Source: Eutreptiella sp. 'Long Island Sound 2002' (lineage: Eukaryota; Protista; Euglenida). From it: a stretch of 64,000 bases of DNA. How positions within the stretch are numbered: the first letter of the stretch is position 1; every line of letters begins with the position of its first letter. Both the position numbers and the translations under genes were made by a program. Where the stretch lies: contig OZ038378.1 in NCBI GenBank assembly GCA_964036045.1, forward strand, positions 3,472,001 through 3,536,000, written 5' to 3'. This document shows positions 62,372-64,000 of the stretch, in pieces. The notes below the pieces were generated by a model. It was not told the origin of the DNA and did not search any database. It saw only the letters and a program-made list of their open reading frames with translations.

Positions 62372-63438
62372 TCCTTGGTGAGACGCAGGTGAGGCTGTGT
62401 TAGGGGTCAACCTCTTGGTGATAGTGACATTGGGGTGCCGCCATGCGTCACTACACCGGGTGCTGTTTTGGGGAAAAGGGGCCTTCGGCGTCCTTCCCAG
62501 ATACTGGCACTTTGCGTCTACACAATGTCAGCAGTGTCTACATCAGCAGACCCTGTCTCCTTGGGGCAGACGGTGTCTACAGACTGCAGACTGCTATTCC
62601 CATGGTCCATGGCTAACTGGTGTGGTGCACGGGTGAATGGAGTGGCATTTGGGGCAAAATGTGCATATTCCCACATATTGAGGGCCTTCGGCACCACACG
62701 GGGCGGTGCATGTCCAACTTGGGGAGGGGGGGGCGCGTGAGGGGTGGCCTTTGGCCCTTGGCATGGGGGGTCTGTACACGCTGACACTTCATCCAGATTG
62801 GTGTTGAGGTTTTATGTTGTTTCTGATCAGCCACAATTTTGTGCATAGGACCTAGTTGTAGCGCATCCGCACCCGATCCCTTATTTTTGCCTGTCCACTG
62901 CAGTCATAAGGCGCCCATGTTACTGCAGAGCATTTCTCTTTGACGTGTGCTTTGCACCACTGGGAGGGGGGGATGGGCATTGGGGTCGGTTATGAATATG
63001 AGGTAGGGAGTAAAATGGGGGTTTCATTGACAGCAGGGTTATGAACGTGTTGGAATTATGAATTTTGGTGGGGGTTGTGAACATTTGGGGTGGGGGCTAT
63101 GAGCTTGGAGGGCTTCTTGCAGAAATCTCATAAAAAAAGGATCACCACCCAACACACATTTTGCGGCATCAGTGGCATGTCTTGTTTGCGCACCCTGTTC
63201 TGCAGCGTGTCCATCGCCATCCAGTTGCACTATGGCATGTCCCAGTAGCCTCGTTTCTGCCCACGGCTCTGCCGACCGCCTGCACCAAAGCTGGTGTTTC
63301 CTCCCACACCCTCCCCTTGTGCAAGGCAGCGTGGGCCTTACGCACGCCCCTGCCGCATCTGTTTCGCTTGCCCAGTACAGAGTTGGTGTTGCCAGACGGC
63401 GTCTATGGTTGTGCATGTTCCTTTTCTCTCCTCTGCAG

Positions 63439-63620
63439 CTCCTAGCTCCTGCAATGAACCATTCAGGGCGTCTCACTACGCCTGACTATGGGACTGCCGT
63501 GGGCGTGCCCCTGGCCATAGTCACCCCTGGCTTTGTGTCAACATGCAAAAGCATTGGCGACTGCGTGCGCCGGGCAATGACGAACATGGACAACCTGATC
63601 AAGTACTTAGAGCACTTCAG
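63439..63620 (+). other. Exon-like open segment
   Basis: Polypyrimidine tract CTTTTCTCTCCTCTGCAG acceptor, open frame LLAPAMNHSG...CVRRAMTNMDNLIKYLEHF, and CAG|GT donor. Function unknown. Confidence 0.3.
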
Positions 63621-64000
63621 GTGCAGAAGGCTTGGGCTCTGACGTCTGGGGGCCAAGTTTCACCTCCTCCGGTAGCAACGGCGCTTGTTGGATGGTTCAT
63701 GTGCTTGTTCTTGGTGTTCTCTTTTTTCTCCGAAAAAGGGGTTTCTCCACACACGACCTACACCTCCCCAAAAAAGTGCATGCGATTTACGCCTGAAAAG
63801 GAAGTTTTATTTTTTTTCCACACGTGACTTACGGCAAAAACAAAAAAGTGCATGTGATTTCTGCCCAAACAACAAGTACGTGGTTTACGCTTTTTTTCGC
63901 ACTGGACCTACGCTTTCCACTCCCTTGGTGGACACCCATGGACACCCAGAGGCAACCAACTGCCACACAAAATTCTGTTCAGGTTGGCACTGGACGCGCC

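Noticed and set aside
1-64000. rRNA genes, intact tRNAs, telomeric TTAGGG arrays, viral capsid or polymerase genes
   Set aside because: None recognised on either strand by eye. Absence of divergent viral genes cannot be excluded without HMM searches.

Overview
Repeat-dense eukaryotic (protist-like) DNA. The GT-AG introns, (TA)n and (CA)n tracts and the style of the elements suggest a euglenozoan or euglenid, but that is an unverified impression. I see no intact housekeeping gene, rRNA, CRISPR array or prophage. The window is essentially a transposon graveyard. It holds decayed Transib/RAG1-like DDE transposases (7-8.6 kb, 17.8-18.7 kb), another DDE transposase with a DxxH motif (24.4-26.5 kb), Ty3/Gypsy gag, RT and integrase pieces (28.5-33.8 kb), Penelope-like RTs (34.7-39.3 kb, 42-43.6 kb), non-LTR retrotransposon pieces (RNase H, zf-RVT), pogo/CENP-B HTH pieces and a 2-kb hAT-type element with an exact 8-bp TSD. 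From 50.3 to 60.5 kb there is a nest of about eight copies of a 1.0-1.2-kb non-autonomous element sitting in (TA)n tracts. The most unusual item is a co-oriented minus-strand cassette at 44-49.6 kb. It encodes two different 2OG-Fe(II) dioxygenases, one PhyH-like and one TET/JBP-like fused to a coiled coil, and its genes are separated by dense arrays of a CAAC(A/G)CGTACG motif. A second, diverged TET/JBP-like paralog at 10.7-11.4 kb lies upstream of and co-oriented with a Transib-like transposase. Copy-to-copy differences suggest decay at both CpG and CCWGG. Together this hints at a mobile element carrying DNA base-modification or anti-methylation cargo. All family calls come from motif recognition by eye and need HMM or structure searches.
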